From positions 698,447-762,446 of the forward strand of contig JASFYF010000001.1 in NCBI GenBank assembly GCA_030055465.1: a stretch of DNA of 64,000 bases, in the 5' to 3' direction. The position numbers and the translations under genes are program-made. This document shows, piece after piece, positions 35,907 through 46,705 of this stretch; within the stretch, counting starts at the first letter, position 1, and the number at the start of each line of letters is the position of its first letter. This stretch comes from Candidatus Nezhaarchaeota archaeon (GTDB taxonomy: Archaea > Thermoproteota > Methanomethylicia > Nezhaarchaeales > WYZ-LMO8). The notes under the pieces were generated by a model. That model was given only the letters and a program-made list of their open reading frames with translations. It was not told the DNA's origin and ran no database searches.

Positions 35907-35923
35907 GGCTCAGCCGGTTAAGG
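35894..35923. repeat. 15-bp perfect tandem duplication
   Basis: CTCAGCCGGTTAAGG at 35894-35908 and 35909-35923. Confidence 0.9.
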
Positions 35924-36175
35924 TGTTGCAGGAGGAGCTCCAAATCCTAGGAAGCTGAACATCATTAACGCTATCAACGCGAATATCATCAGCATCCACA
36001 CCATGTTGAAAGTCTTGGAGCGCTTCTGCCTCTTCATGAACTCCTCTTCGCATGTCCCCTCGCACATGGGGGGATCCTTCTCGGGCGGCACAACGCCGCC
36101 GCAGATAACGCAGTGCTTGTGGTTTGAGACGTCGAAGCCTTCATCCCTTCTCTTTTTAGTGGACGTCGCAATCAC
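35918..36175 (-). CDS. DUF2116-like Zn-ribbon membrane protein
   Basis: HKHCVICG..VP.....C...C plus C-terminal TM helix. Confidence 0.85.
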   Translation of the reverse strand: MIATSTKKRRDEGFDVSNHKHCVICGGVVPPEKDPPMCEGTCEEEFMKRQKRSKTFNMVWMLMIFALIALMMFSFLGFGAPPATP

Positions 36176-36259
36176 CCAACGCGCTTCTGAACAGGCAAGG
36201 AGCTGGCGGCCGCTCTAATAAACGTTGTGATAGAAAAATGGAAAATCGCCCTTATTTAG

Positions 36260-38635
36260 TTATTTAACCCTCTTTGCCTTGAGGGCCCCTTCAAGCAGCA
36301 CCCTCCTCTCAACCTGTGCGACCACCCTGCGTACCCTTGCAATCGCGTCGGGGTTGACGGATATGCTGTCAACGCCTTCCCTTACAAGCCACTCAACTAG
36401 GTCCTCCAGGTACGAGGGGCCTTGTCCGCATATGCTGACGGTAACCCCGTGTTTATGGGCCGTTCTTATCAGGTGCCTTATTGCTCTAAGGACTGCCGGG
36501 TCCCTCTCGTCGAAGTAGCGAGCGTCGAGCTTTGGAAGGACCTCGGAGTCCCTGTCAACTCCGAGGATCAGCTGGGTTAAGTCGTTGCTGCCTATGCTGA
36601 AGCCGTCAACGTACCTGCAGAACTCGTCGGCCATGAAGATCACGCTGGGAACCTCGGCCATGGCCCATACCTTGAAGTCCCTTCCCCTTTCGAGTCCCTC
36701 ATCCGCCATTATCTTCAGCACCTTCTCGGTCTCCCATGTTGTCCTCACAAACGGCAGCATGGCCCACACGTTCTTTAGGCCCCACTCGTCTCGAACCTTT
36801 TTTATTGCCCTGCACTCCAGCCTGAAGGCCTCCTCGTATTGAGGACTTATGTAGCGCGAGACTCCGCGGTACCCCAACATCGGGTTGCGCTCGAAGGGCT
36901 CGTACTTTTCTCCTCCCTTGAGCTCCCTGTACTCGTTGCTTTTGAAGTCGCTGAACCTGACGACAACGGGCCTGGGCTGCACCTGCCTTGCGACGGCCGC
37001 TATTCCTTCGGCTAGCTTCTCAACGAACTTGTTTCCCTCTCCCACCTCGATTAGGTGGACTGGGTGTTCCCCTATGTGGGCTGACATGATGAACTCTATG
37101 CGCATCAATCCTATGCCGTCGAAGGGAAGGTTTAAGTACTCCGATATCTTCTCGGGGACGCCCAGGTTCATGTATATCTTGGTGCCTGTAGGTATCGGGT
37201 ACTCCACAGGTTGCGGCGCGGAGCTGGGCCTTGCGGTTTCGCCTCTCTGCTTCGTGAGCTCCTCCACCGCCCCCTCGTACACGACCCCCGTTATGGCATC
37301 GACTGTGTATTCCCTGCCGGGTTCTAGGACTTTGGTTGCGTTTCCAGTTCCGACAATGGCTGGAATGCCCAGTTCACGGCTTACTATGGCTGCGTGGCAC
37401 GTTATTCCACCCTCATCGGTTATGATGGCGCCCGCAACCCTCATGTATGGAACCCAGTCGGGATTAGTCATGGACGTGACGAGTATGTCTCCCTTCTCAA
37501 GCAGCTGAGCGGCTTCCTCAACGTTCCTGACTATTTTGGCTTTGCCAGTCCAGACGCCGGGGCTTGCCGGCAACCCCTTCAGGGCAACCCTCTTTTCAAC
37601 CGCTACTGGCGGTAAAGGTCTCTCTTCGGCTCTTCTCTTGGAGGCCCACACCGTTTCCGGCCTCGACTGAACTATGAACACGTTTTCGGGGAACTCAATG
37701 TCGCCGTCTATGGCCCACTCGATGTCTTGGGGATGTCCGTAGTGCTGCTCTACTTTGACGGCTAGCTCTGCAAGCCTCCTAACTTCCCCGTCGGTTAGGC
37801 AGGGGATCCTCCTTTTTTCTGGTGGCACCTCAACCTTAACGGTTCCCCCAGTTAATGGATCCCATTTAAGCTCGAAGGGCTTATCGCTTATCTTCTTTTC
37901 AACTATTTCCAGGGTTTTCTTGTCCACTACGTATGTGTCGGGGGTTACGGAGCCGCTTACAATGGTCTCCCCTAAGCCCCAGCTTCCCTCTATGACTATC
38001 TTATCTTTTTCGCCCGTAACCGGGTGTATGGTGAACATGACTCCAGCTGCCTTTGAGTTGACCATCTTCTGAATTACGACGCTCATCAACACCTTGTCGT
38101 GCGGTATCTTCTTCTCATCACGATAGAATATGGCTCTGGAGGTGTAAAGTGATGACCAGCACTTCTTAACCTTCTCTAAAACCTCCTCTTCCCCCTTAAC
38201 GTTGAGGTACGTGTCTTGTTGGCCGGCGAAGCTTGCACCTGGGAGGTCCTCAGCCGTAGCTGAGCTTCGAACGGCCACAAGGGTTTTGGGAGCCCCCACC
38301 CTCTTGCAAAGCTTCCTGTAGTTCTCCTTTATGGCTTGGGCGATGTCGCTCGGCACCTCAATGTTCTCCATTAAGCTCCTTATCTTGGTGCTAACATCCT
38401 CGTATATCTGAGGGCTCCTCTCAACTACAAGCTTTCTTAAGAGCTCGTCAACCTTAATTTTTAAACCAGTCCTCTCAATGAACTCCTTATAAGCGTAAGA
38501 AGTTACAGCAAATCCCGGGGGGACGGGTATACCAGCCTTTGTGAGTTCCCCTAGGTTGGCGCTTTTTCCTCCAACCAATGATAGGTCGCCCTTATCTATC
38601 TCCTCAAACCATAGGACATAGGCTCTATCCCTCAT
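36260..38635 (-). CDS. ppsA: Phosphoenolpyruvate synthase
   Basis: VGGKSANLGE, AVRSSATAEDL, GGITCHAAIVSRE, NPMLGYRG. Confidence 0.97.
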   Translation of the reverse strand: MRDRAYVLWFEEIDKGDLSLVGGKSANLGELTKAGIPVPPGFAVTSYAYKEFIERTGLKIKVDELLRKLVVERSPQIYEDVSTKIRSLMENIEVPSDIAQAIKENYRKLCKRVGAPKTLVAVRSSATAEDLPGASFAGQQDTYLNVKGEEEVLEKVKKCWSSLYTSRAIFYRDEKKIPHDKVLMSVVIQKMVNSKAAGVMFTIHPVTGEKDKIVIEGSWGLGETIVSGSVTPDTYVVDKKTLEIVEKKISDKPFELKWDPLTGGTVKVEVPPEKRRIPCLTDGEVRRLAELAVKVEQHYGHPQDIEWAIDGDIEFPENVFIVQSRPETVWASKRRAEERPLPPVAVEKRVALKGLPASPGVWTGKAKIVRNVEEAAQLLEKGDILVTSMTNPDWVPYMRVAGAIITDEGGITCHAAIVSRELGIPAIVGTGNATKVLEPGREYTVDAITGVVYEGAVEELTKQRGETARPSSAPQPVEYPIPTGTKIYMNLGVPEKISEYLNLPFDGIGLMRIEFIMSAHIGEHPVHLIEVGEGNKFVEKLAEGIAAVARQVQPRPVVVRFSDFKSNEYRELKGGEKYEPFERNPMLGYRGVSRYISPQYEEAFRLECRAIKKVRDEWGLKNVWAMLPFVRTTWETEKVLKIMADEGLERGRDFKVWAMAEVPSVIFMADEFCRYVDGFSIGSNDLTQLILGVDRDSEVLPKLDARYFDERDPAVLRAIRHLIRTAHKHGVTVSICGQGPSYLEDLVEWLVREGVDSISVNPDAIARVRRVVAQVERRVLLEGALKAKRVK

Positions 38636-38718
38636 TATTCTCAGCCTCTACCTACATTAAAGGCATTGCTGGTTGGTTACCTTTCCTTGGCTTTATGGGA
38701 TTTAAGCGTTGCGATGCC

Positions 38719-39042
38719 CTATGGCTTCTTCACCCTTGCATAGTAGCCGAACTCCTTATGTGAACCGAAGCTTTCAAGGCCCTGTGAGTAGAGCTGATCC
38801 TTCAACTCTGAGGCCCTGAACCGGGATATCTGGTTGGTCCTCTCAAGGTAGTCTATGACCTCCTCGGCCTCCTTGAGGCTCCTGCACCTTCTTATGTAAT
38901 CGACCGCGTCGGGCATGCCGGATTGGAGGCCTTCACCGTTGGTCCTAGACCCTCTTATGGTTAGGCGCATAACCCCCTCTTCGAGCTCCCTAGCCAAGCT
39001 GGGGTATTTCTTCCTCAGCGTCTCGACGTCTATTTCAACCAT
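38719..39042 (-). CDS. DUF2095 family protein
   Basis: YPSLAREL...PDAVDYIRRC...EA.EVIDYLE...GYY. Confidence 0.88.
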   Translation of the reverse strand: MVEIDVETLRKKYPSLARELEEGVMRLTIRGSRTNGEGLQSGMPDAVDYIRRCRSLKEAEEVIDYLERTNQISRFRASELKDQLYSQGLESFGSHKEFGYYARVKKP

Positions 39043-39043
39043 G

Positions 39044-40264
39044 CTATTTTCTCCTCAACCTCTTAGCCGTCACAATACATATCACGTCGTTCTCGTTTAA
39101 AACGCTGTCCCCTCCAAGCCTAACCCCCCTCTTCACGTCGATGGCGTATATGAAGCCCTCCGCCAGCTCGGTGTGCACGATGTGGGCCAACTCCTTGGCT
39201 GTTGTCCCCCGCGGGACGAGGTGCACGTCGGGAAGCACGTTTCCTTCCCCGTCGCTTAGGCGGTTTGGATCTGCAACTGGGTAGACGGGGATGAGGTCAA
39301 GCTTTTTAAAGTACATGCGATTGAGGACTTCTTGAACTCCCGTGGACCCCCAAACCTTTAGGGTGCGCTCCTCTATCATTGTAAGGGCGTTTAGCTGCTG
39401 CTCCGTTAGCCTTCCCCTATCGGCTATGCTGAACGAGCTGTCGCCGGGAGTGTACTTTATCAGTCCCCTCTCCGCTGCCCTTCGCAGCGCAAGCTCCGCC
39501 TCGGCGCTACACGGAACCACGTTTTCGTCACCGTATTCCTCCTTAAGCCTCTTAACGTTGTAGCGGCTTTCAGGAAAATCAGATTTGTTCGCGGCGATTA
39601 CGTAGGGTTTGGATATGTCGATGAGCTTTTCGACGCACATCTTAACGTCGTCGCCGCTCCAGCTTCCAGGCTTCTTGTTCGCCAGATCGAGCTCTTGGAG
39701 GGTCCTGCTCACGTGCTTCGCGCTGATTTTCAAACCGCTTAGCCTCGAGGATAGGACGTCCTCGATATTCGCGGGGCCGTGCTCCACCATCTTGACGATC
39801 TTGCTCCAGTCCCTCTCAATCATGCCTAGAACCCAGAGCTTTACCTCTTCGCGTATCATCTTGACGTCTTGTAGGGGATCGTGACTTCCCGGCGGGCATG
39901 GCCTGCCCTCAGCGTCCGTTGAACCCGAGGCGTCTACAACGTGTATTATGCCGTCGGCGTTGCGCATCTCGTCTAGGAATTTGTTGCCGAGGCCTCTGCC
40001 CTCGTGGGCCCCTGGAACCAGCCCCGCTAGATCGATAACCCTCACTGGGATGTACCTGATGCCGTCCACGCAGATGGAGTTTCGCGGGTTATCCTTCACG
40101 CCGAGCTCTTGGCATGCGCACTTCACCCTTAAGTAGGCTATGCCCACGTTTGGCTTTATTGTCGTGAAAGGCCTTGGCTCTGTCTTCACTGGAAGCATTG
40201 TGAGGGCGCTGAAGAGCGTGCTCTTGCCGACGTTGGTTTTGCCGACGAGCGCTACCTCCGGCAT
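39044..40264 (-). CDS. ychF: YchF/Obg-family ATPase/GTPase
   Basis: GKTNVGKST, PFTTI.PN, DLAGL, NKSD, TGS domain. Confidence 0.93.
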   Translation of the reverse strand: MPEVALVGKTNVGKSTLFSALTMLPVKTEPRPFTTIKPNVGIAYLRVKCACQELGVKDNPRNSICVDGIRYIPVRVIDLAGLVPGAHEGRGLGNKFLDEMRNADGIIHVVDASGSTDAEGRPCPPGSHDPLQDVKMIREEVKLWVLGMIERDWSKIVKMVEHGPANIEDVLSSRLSGLKISAKHVSRTLQELDLANKKPGSWSGDDVKMCVEKLIDISKPYVIAANKSDFPESRYNVKRLKEEYGDENVVPCSAEAELALRRAAERGLIKYTPGDSSFSIADRGRLTEQQLNALTMIEERTLKVWGSTGVQEVLNRMYFKKLDLIPVYPVADPNRLSDGEGNVLPDVHLVPRGTTAKELAHIVHTELAEGFIYAIDVKRGVRLGGDSVLNENDVICIVTAKRLRRK

Positions 40265-40379
40265 CGCATCACCAGGTCCTACTCCTCAATTATAATTGCT
40301 GTAGGCATCCCAGCTACTTAAAGATACTTTAAAAATAAATAGGTGAGCTAAGGATATATCGTGTTTCAAGGTGTTGGAA

Positions 40380-41309
40380 ATGGCGTTTAAAGTGTTGGTA
40401 ACCGACAGCGTGCACGAGGCTTGCGCCTCAGTACTGAGGTCCAAGGGCTGCATCGTCGAGGTTAAACAGTCGTTAAACAAGGAGGAGCTGCTCAAGGCGG
40501 TTAAGGAGTTCGACGCAATCATAGTTAGAAGCAAGACCAAGCTTACGAGGGACGTGATAGCTGAGGCCAACAGCCTGAGAGTCATAGGGAGGGCGGGCGT
40601 TGGGCTGGACAACATAGACGTGGCGGCGGCCTCCGAGAAGAACATAAAGGTTGTATCCACGCCTCAGGCATCCACGGTCGCCGTCGCCGAGGCGACGATG
40701 GCCCTCATGCTTTCCCTGGCCAGAATGGTGCCCGACGCCGTCAAATCGTTGAGGGATGGTCTCTGGCTTAAGAACAAGTTCATGGGGTTTGAGCTTAGGG
40801 GGAAAGTTCTGGGCGTCGTGGGCTTCGGCAGGATAGGCAAGGCCGTGGCGAAGAGGGCTTTGGCCTTTGAAATGAGGGTTTTGGCGTACGACATTAAGGA
40901 TGTAAGCGGTGAGGCCGCCCTCCTAGGGGTTGAGGTTGTGCCAACGCTTGAGGAGCTGTTGAAGAAGAGCGACATCGTGACGCTCCACCTGCCGCTCAAT
41001 AAGAGCACGCACCACATGATAGGCGAGAGGGAGATATCGATGATGAAGGACGGGGCTATAATAGTCAACACCTCAAGGGGAAGCATAGTGGATTCCAAGG
41101 CGCTCTTGAAGGCATTGAAGAATGGAAAGCTGGCGGGCGCGGCGCTGGACGTGTTCGAGAGCGAGCCCCCTCAAGGTGAGGAGCTGGAGCTTGTAAGGCT
41201 CCCCAACGTCGTTGCAACTCCCCACATAGCCTCCCAGACGGTTGAGGCGCAGGTGGACGCCGGCATCATGATAGCCGAGGAGGTTTTAAAAGCCCTCAAC
41301 ACCTCATAG
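40380..41309 (+). CDS. D-2-hydroxyacid dehydrogenase (SerA-like, no ACT domain)
   Basis: RAGVGLDNID, GFGRIG, NTSRG, LDVFE.EP, TPHIA. Confidence 0.92.
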   Translation: MAFKVLVTDSVHEACASVLRSKGCIVEVKQSLNKEELLKAVKEFDAIIVRSKTKLTRDVIAEANSLRVIGRAGVGLDNIDVAAASEKNIKVVSTPQASTVAVAEATMALMLSLARMVPDAVKSLRDGLWLKNKFMGFELRGKVLGVVGFGRIGKAVAKRALAFEMRVLAYDIKDVSGEAALLGVEVVPTLEELLKKSDIVTLHLPLNKSTHHMIGEREISMMKDGAIIVNTSRGSIVDSKALLKALKNGKLAGAALDVFESEPPQGEELELVRLPNVVATPHIASQTVEAQVDAGIMIAEEVLKALNTS

Positions 41310-41371
41310 ATGCTCGGGAGCTCGGGCGCCGTGTCGAGTCTATACGTGAACCCCGGCGGTGGATTGAAGGT

Positions 41372-42163
41372 ATGGCCGCGCCTTCCCCCGAGCAGGTATT
41401 AGCGAACTCGGGTTTGACGCCACTGGAGGCGAGGGTTTACCTGTACCTGAATGAGAACCCGAATAAGAGGGACAGCGAGATAGGCGACGCCTTGGGCATA
41501 CCCCTACCGGATGTGAGGAAAGCCCTATCATCGCTCAGGTCGAGGGGGCTTGTCAAGGCCGTAGAGCGCGACGGGTACGATGCGGTGCCGCCTTCGAAGG
41601 CCTTTGAGATTCTGGTGGACCTGAAGACCAGGGACATGGAGCTCGCCTTGTCCAGCATTAGGAGGCAGCTTCACTCGATAAGGGAGTCGCTGGAGAAGAG
41701 GTACTGGGTGAGCAGGTACGGGATAAGCGAGGAGCAGCTCCTCGAGTCCCTGGAGGACCTGAGAAGCATGGAAGCCGTAACCGCCAGGCTAATGGCTGAA
41801 GCCACCGAGGAGATACTGGTGTTCACCGCCTCCTTCGAGTGGTACAACAAGGTCAGGGAGACTTTAACCTCCTCTCTTCAACGTGGGGTGAGGGTTAGGG
41901 TGCTGATGCGCGTGGTTGATGAGCCGTCCAGGTTGAGGGCCAGGGAGCTCCTCGAGAGGGGGGTTGAGGTTAGAAGCGCCGTGGAGGGCTGGTACCCCGT
42001 TAGGGGGACGCTGGTTGATGAGAGCAGGCTCGTCTTCCTCATATGGGCTACCGAGGAAAAACTCTCATGCTTTAGGCCTCACTACACCGAGAACCGAGGA
42101 TTGATAAAGGTGTTCCTAGACTCCTTTGAGCACAGGTGGGCTAGGGCCTCCAGCATAGCTTAG
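41372..42163 (+). CDS. TrmB-family transcriptional regulator
   Basis: GLT..EARVY.YL wHTH, L.SL..RGLV, C-terminal effector-binding domain. Confidence 0.88.
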   Translation: MAAPSPEQVLANSGLTPLEARVYLYLNENPNKRDSEIGDALGIPLPDVRKALSSLRSRGLVKAVERDGYDAVPPSKAFEILVDLKTRDMELALSSIRRQLHSIRESLEKRYWVSRYGISEEQLLESLEDLRSMEAVTARLMAEATEEILVFTASFEWYNKVRETLTSSLQRGVRVRVLMRVVDEPSRLRARELLERGVEVRSAVEGWYPVRGTLVDESRLVFLIWATEEKLSCFRPHYTENRGLIKVFLDSFEHRWARASSIA

Positions 42164-42177
42164 CCCGGTGGCCTCAG

Positions 42178-42630
42178 GTGAACTTCGCAGTAGCGCTGTC
42201 GGTTGAGTACTCAGCCTTCAGCCACGCAACCGAGGATCAGGATAAGGTTTTGAAGGCCGTGGAGAACCTGGTGCCCCCGAGGCTTAGGGGGCGAGGAGAG
42301 CTTGCAGTTGAAGATACCTTGGGGCACCACCAGAACCCTATACGCATATTCAAGGTGTCCTTCCGAAATCCCGAGCAAGCCATGCAGGCTTTATCCTGGC
42401 TCTTGGGAGGCTTGCCGGGGACGGACAGGGAACGCTTAATTGAAAGCGTGGACCTGCACTTGGACGAGAAGCTGAAGCTCTACATGAGGCTAGACAAGCA
42501 GGAGGCCTACCTGGGGAGGTTCAAGCTCGCCTCGGGGGACGACGTTGTGAAGGTAAAGTTCAGCTTTAAGGGGTCCAGGGAAGCAGTTAGGCAGCTCCTC
42601 GAGAGGCTTTCGGGGGAAGCCTTGGGGTAG
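42178..42630 (+). CDS. DUF54 RNA-binding protein
   Basis: HATEDQDKV, GHHQNPI, LYMRLDKQEAY.G. Confidence 0.9.
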   Translation: MNFAVALSVEYSAFSHATEDQDKVLKAVENLVPPRLRGRGELAVEDTLGHHQNPIRIFKVSFRNPEQAMQALSWLLGGLPGTDRERLIESVDLHLDEKLKLYMRLDKQEAYLGRFKLASGDDVVKVKFSFKGSREAVRQLLERLSGEALG

Positions 42631-42660
42631 GAGGTTGAAGTCATACCAACAAGGCGCTAC

Positions 42661-43365
42661 GTGGACCTGCACGTCAGGTTGAGCTGCGGAGGCGACCCGC
42701 CGGAGCTGCTGATCGGCATGGCAAGGCACTTGGGCTACTCGCTCATCGCCTTGTCCCTAGAGAAGGAGCCGCGCGGCGCCCCCCTTGAGGGCTTAAGGAG
42801 CCTAAGCCGCGAGGCGGGCTTGGACCTAGCGTTTAGGCTCGACTTGAAGCCCTCAAGCCCCGGCGAGCTGAAGGCTTGGCTGAGCAGGTTTAGGCGCAGG
42901 TTTGAGGTTATAGCGGTTTACTGCGGCAACGTGGCTGTAGCTAGAACCGCAGCGAGGGACCGCAGGATCGACGTGACGTTCTACGACCTGGAGAACCTGC
43001 CCTCACTGCTCGACGAGGGCCAGATGAGCCTGCTGCAGGAGCACGGGAAGCACATCGAATTCAACCTCTCAGACATGCTAGGCCTACCAGTCGACAAGCA
43101 GTGGAAGGCGCTGTGGAGCTACAGGTACGCGTTTAAGGAGGCCAAGAGGAGGGGCATCCCCATAGTATTCTCCTCGGGCGCCTCGAGGATTACGGATATG
43201 AGGGCTCCCAGGGAGCTTTCAGCCGTGGCCTCAATGCTCCTCGAGGACGCTTCCTTGGCGAGGAGCTCGGTTTCCCTGATACCGGCGAGGATTGTGGACG
43301 AGAACAGGGGTAAGCTGGGCTCCGCGTTTGTGCAGCCAGGTGTGAGGGTGGTGGACGAATGGTGA
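42661..43365 (+). CDS. rnp3: RNase P protein Rpp30
   Basis: DLHV PHP-like start; SSGA....MRAPRE; synteny with pop5. Confidence 0.9.
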   Translation: MDLHVRLSCGGDPPELLIGMARHLGYSLIALSLEKEPRGAPLEGLRSLSREAGLDLAFRLDLKPSSPGELKAWLSRFRRRFEVIAVYCGNVAVARTAARDRRIDVTFYDLENLPSLLDEGQMSLLQEHGKHIEFNLSDMLGLPVDKQWKALWSYRYAFKEAKRRGIPIVFSSGASRITDMRAPRELSAVASMLLEDASLARSSVSLIPARIVDENRGKLGSAFVQPGVRVVDEW

Positions 43366-43754
43366 AGAGGATTCGGTGGCGCTACTTGGTCCTCCACGTC
43401 CATGCGCCGCTAGACCTTGAAGCCCGGGACCTCGAGAGGTCGCTGAGAGGTCACATCCGGATGTTCCTAGGAGTCTACGGCTTGTCGAGGTGTCCCTTCA
43501 AGCTTGTAGCCTACGATAGGGAGGGCAAGATCGGCATTGTCAGGTGCCCGCACGACTCGGTTGAGGCTTTGAGGGCGGCCTTGGCCTTTCTGAGCGATAT
43601 AGGCGGTGTGCCCTCCTCGCTGCACGTGGTGAAATCCTCCGGGACGATTAAGAAGGCCAGGAAAGTAGTGGAGGGCTACGTTGAAAAGCTTAAATCCCAC
43701 TGGGCCCTATTGGAGTTGGGGATGAAGAAGCCGTCCCAGGCTACAGAGAAGTGA
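43359..43754 (+). CDS. rnp2: RNase P protein Pop5
   Basis: R.RYLV, GIVRC, RAAL, SGTIKKA. Confidence 0.92.
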   Translation: MVKRIRWRYLVLHVHAPLDLEARDLERSLRGHIRMFLGVYGLSRCPFKLVAYDREGKIGIVRCPHDSVEALRAALAFLSDIGGVPSSLHVVKSSGTIKKARKVVEGYVEKLKSHWALLELGMKKPSQATEK

Positions 43755-43777
43755 AGAACTCGCGACGAGCTGACCCC
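43718..43777 (+). ncRNA. Box C/D guide sRNA 3 overlapping pop5 3' end
   Basis: GGGG/CCCC terminal stem; C ATGAAGA 43722-28; D' CAGA 43744-47; C' GTGAAGA 43751-57; 12-nt guide; D CTGA 43770-73. Confidence 0.78.
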
Positions 43778-43884
43778 TAAAGCGCCCTTATCCTTCAACA
43801 AGCCTCCGAGGCTTTCAACATTTAAATATGCCCACGGGACAGTTAGATCGTCTTCCGCAAATCGTTGAAGGGGAGTCTCCGGAA

Positions 43885-45162
43885 ATGAACCGGGTTGATG
43901 TGTTGCGTGACGAGCACTTGACGTTCGCGGAGAAAATCCTAACGTTGAAGCAGGTGGAGGAGAACGTCATTAAGCGGTCGGGCGAGATAGCGGTGGTTTC
44001 GGTTGATCTGGCCGCCGGCCAGGATGGAACGTCGCCTCTAGCGATAAAGGTATTCAGGGAGATGGGTGGGGGGAAGGTTTGGAACCCGGATAAAGCCCTA
44101 TTGGTGATCGACCACACCTACCCCTCCGCTTCATCGCAAATATCGGACCTGCACAAGCTGATGCGGTCCTTCGCTCGAGAGCAAGGCATAAGGCTTGTTG
44201 AGGGAAGCGTAATACACCAGGTGCTGCTTGAGGACTACGTGGCACCCGGCATGCTTGTGGTCGGCGCCGACTCCCACACGACGACTCACGGGGCCCTCGG
44301 AGCCTTTGCCACTGGCATAGGAAGCACGGAGCTCGCCGCCGTGTGGCTTGAAGGCAGCATATGGCTTAAGGTTCCCGAAACCCTGAGGGTGCGCCTCGAT
44401 GGGAGCCTGCCGAAGGGGGTCTATGCGAAGGACATAGCGTTAGCGTTCATCGGGCAGGTGGGCGCTGACGGCGCAAACTACAAGTCGGTTGAGTGGCGGG
44501 GGGATGCAATCTCAAAGCTTTCGGTGGCTTCGAGGGCAACCCTCTGCAACATGAGTATGGAGGCTGGAGCTAAAAACGCCGTCGTGGAGTACGACTCCGT
44601 AGCCAAGAGCTACCTTGAAGAGGTTGGAAGGAGCCCGTTTGTGGTGGTGGAGTCGGGCAAGAAGGCGGAGGTGGAGGAGATAAGCGTGGATTGCTTCAAG
44701 CTGGAGCCGGTTGTCGCCGCTCCAAGCAGGGTGGACAACGTGAAGGCCGTGAGGGAGGTTGAGGGCACGCCGATCGACCAGGCATTCATAGGCAGCTGCA
44801 CTAATGGGCGGCTGGAAGACCTCGTAGAGGCAGCCAAGGTGCTGCGCGGCAGGAAGGTAAAGGATGGGGTTAGGCTCATAGTCACCCCGGCTTCGAGAAG
44901 GGTGTACTACGAAGCCCTGAGGCTTGGAGTTCTTGAAGCGCTCTTCAAAGCTGGTGCGGTGATAACGAACCCCACGTGCGGTGCGTGCGTGGGCACTCAC
45001 TTGGGGATTCTGGGTGAAGGCGAGGTGGCGATATCTTCAAGCAACAGGAACTTTATAGGGAGGATGGGACATCCCAAGTCCCAGGTTTACTTGGCCTCCC
45101 CGGCGACCGTTGCCGCCTCGGCCGTTAGGGGAGCAATATCGGATCCGAGGGACCTGCTATGA
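43885..45162 (+). CDS. leuC: 3-isopropylmalate dehydratase/homoaconitase large subunit
   Basis: [32 protein letters not shown]; start uncertain (43885-43903). Confidence 0.92.
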   Translation: MNRVDVLRDEHLTFAEKILTLKQVEENVIKRSGEIAVVSVDLAAGQDGTSPLAIKVFREMGGGKVWNPDKALLVIDHTYPSASSQISDLHKLMRSFAREQGIRLVEGSVIHQVLLEDYVAPGMLVVGADSHTTTHGALGAFATGIGSTELAAVWLEGSIWLKVPETLRVRLDGSLPKGVYAKDIALAFIGQVGADGANYKSVEWRGDAISKLSVASRATLCNMSMEAGAKNAVVEYDSVAKSYLEEVGRSPFVVVESGKKAEVEEISVDCFKLEPVVAAPSRVDNVKAVREVEGTPIDQAFIGSCTNGRLEDLVEAAKVLRGRKVKDGVRLIVTPASRRVYYEALRLGVLEALFKAGAVITNPTCGACVGTHLGILGEGEVAISSSNRNFIGRMGHPKSQVYLASPATVAASAVRGAISDPRDLL

Positions 45163-45668
45163 GCGTGATAAGGGGTAGGGCTTGGAAGTTCGGGGACAAT
45201 GTCGACACCGACGTTATTATACCCTTCAAGTACAAGGCGAGAACGCTGGATCCCAAGGAGCTCGCCGAGCACGTTATGGAGGGCTTGGATCCCGAATTCG
45301 CCAAGAAGGTTAAGCCCGGAGACGTGATAGTGGCCGGCAAGAACTTCGGGTGCGGCTCAAGCAGGGAGCAGGCGCCCCTAGCTATAAAGGCTGCTGGGGT
45401 GGCAGCCGTGGTAGCCGAGAGCTTCGCTCGAATATTCTTCAGGAACGCGATAAACATCGGGCTGCCCGTCTTGGAGGTTAAGGGAATCTCGGGGAAAGTT
45501 GACGAGGGAGACGTAGTCGAGGTGGACCTGTTCGCAGGCGAGGTGAGGAACGCAACGAAGAACGTGGCCTTCAAGGCCTCACCGTTGCCTCCCACAGTTA
45601 TGGAGATACTGAGGGCTGGCGGGCTGGTCAACTACCTTAAAAGGCGCAGAAAGAGGGAGGATCAGTAG
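45159..45668 (+). CDS. leuD: 3-isopropylmalate dehydratase/homoaconitase small subunit
   Basis: [34 protein letters not shown]. Confidence 0.93.
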   Translation: MSVIRGRAWKFGDNVDTDVIIPFKYKARTLDPKELAEHVMEGLDPEFAKKVKPGDVIVAGKNFGCGSSREQAPLAIKAAGVAAVVAESFARIFFRNAINIGLPVLEVKGISGKVDEGDVVEVDLFAGEVRNATKNVAFKASPLPPTVMEILRAGGLVNYLKRRRKREDQ

Positions 45669-46705
45669 AGCCTGGAGAGGACCCCTAAGCTCTCATCCGT
45701 TTTCTTTACTGAGGCTCTCCAATCCTTCTCCAGCTCGGTGAGCGCCCTGATGGCATCCACGTTGTCCGGTATGACGTTGGACTCGTTCGGCGTCGCCCAC
45801 ATTAGGTAGGATTCCCTCCGGTTCACTGCGATGCTCTCCTCCCACACCGGTATCTCGTATAGGTCGCCGCGGGGCCTGCCCAGGTCCCTCGCCAGCTCCA
45901 CTATGGAGTTTAAGGCCTCAACACCATCTTGTCCTCTGACGAGGACCACGCGCGGCTCCTCCTCGAGCGCGGCGATTATCCCTTCCTTCGAGGCCTCCTT
46001 CCTAGTTTCAACGATGCAGAAGTGGATGTGGCAGAGGTTGTGCGATCCCTTCGCAGCCATGGTCACAATGTCGAGGTCGTGAAGCACGGTTTTGACGTCA
46101 GGGCCATGGTGGGATGGGACGTGGAGTTCCGGAACTATGGTGTTTATAACTCCGGACTTGTGGGATTCCCACACGTCGCAGGCCCTTCGAACTATGGTTA
46201 CTCTCGCCTTGGCTACTCCGTAAGCCTTGTTGAGCGCGTTTAAAACCCTGCAGAGGGCGGTTGTGTTGCAGCTGACGACCCTTGTGAACTGCTTTCCGAG
46301 GCTTTCATCGTAGTTGCAGGTGGCCACAAACGATGTTCCCGCGGTCTCATGGGCCTCCCCGCCCTCGAAAACGGCCTTGACGCCGTGCTTCAAGTAGAGC
46401 TCCTTGTTTTTGGCCCCAACCTTCGCAGGTGCGCAGTCGACCACGACGTCGACGTCCTTTATGGCCTCGGTTATTAGGCCCTCAACCTTCACGCCCCCCC
46501 TCCTCATGGAGTCAGCCCTGTCAGGCGATGAGCAGTAAACCCTAAAGCCCTTCTTCAACGCCATTTTAACTCTCCAGTCGGCGACTACGTCTGAGACCCC
46601 GACGAGCTCCATGTCCTCTTGCCTGGCAACGGCGTCGGCAACCCTTTTGCCTATGACCCCGTAGCCGTTCACGAGGACCCTTACCTTGGCCTTAGCCATC
46701 TTCAT
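45662..46705 (-). CDS. gap: Type II glyceraldehyde-3-phosphate dehydrogenase
   Basis: [29 protein letters not shown]. Confidence 0.96.
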   Translation of the reverse strand: MKMAKAKVRVLVNGYGVIGKRVADAVARQEDMELVGVSDVVADWRVKMALKKGFRVYCSSPDRADSMRRGGVKVEGLITEAIKDVDVVVDCAPAKVGAKNKELYLKHGVKAVFEGGEAHETAGTSFVATCNYDESLGKQFTRVVSCNTTALCRVLNALNKAYGVAKARVTIVRRACDVWESHKSGVINTIVPELHVPSHHGPDVKTVLHDLDIVTMAAKGSHNLCHIHFCIVETRKEASKEGIIAALEEEPRVVLVRGQDGVEALNSIVELARDLGRPRGDLYEIPVWEESIAVNRRESYLMWATPNESNVIPDNVDAIRALTELEKDWRASVKKTDESLGVLSRLY

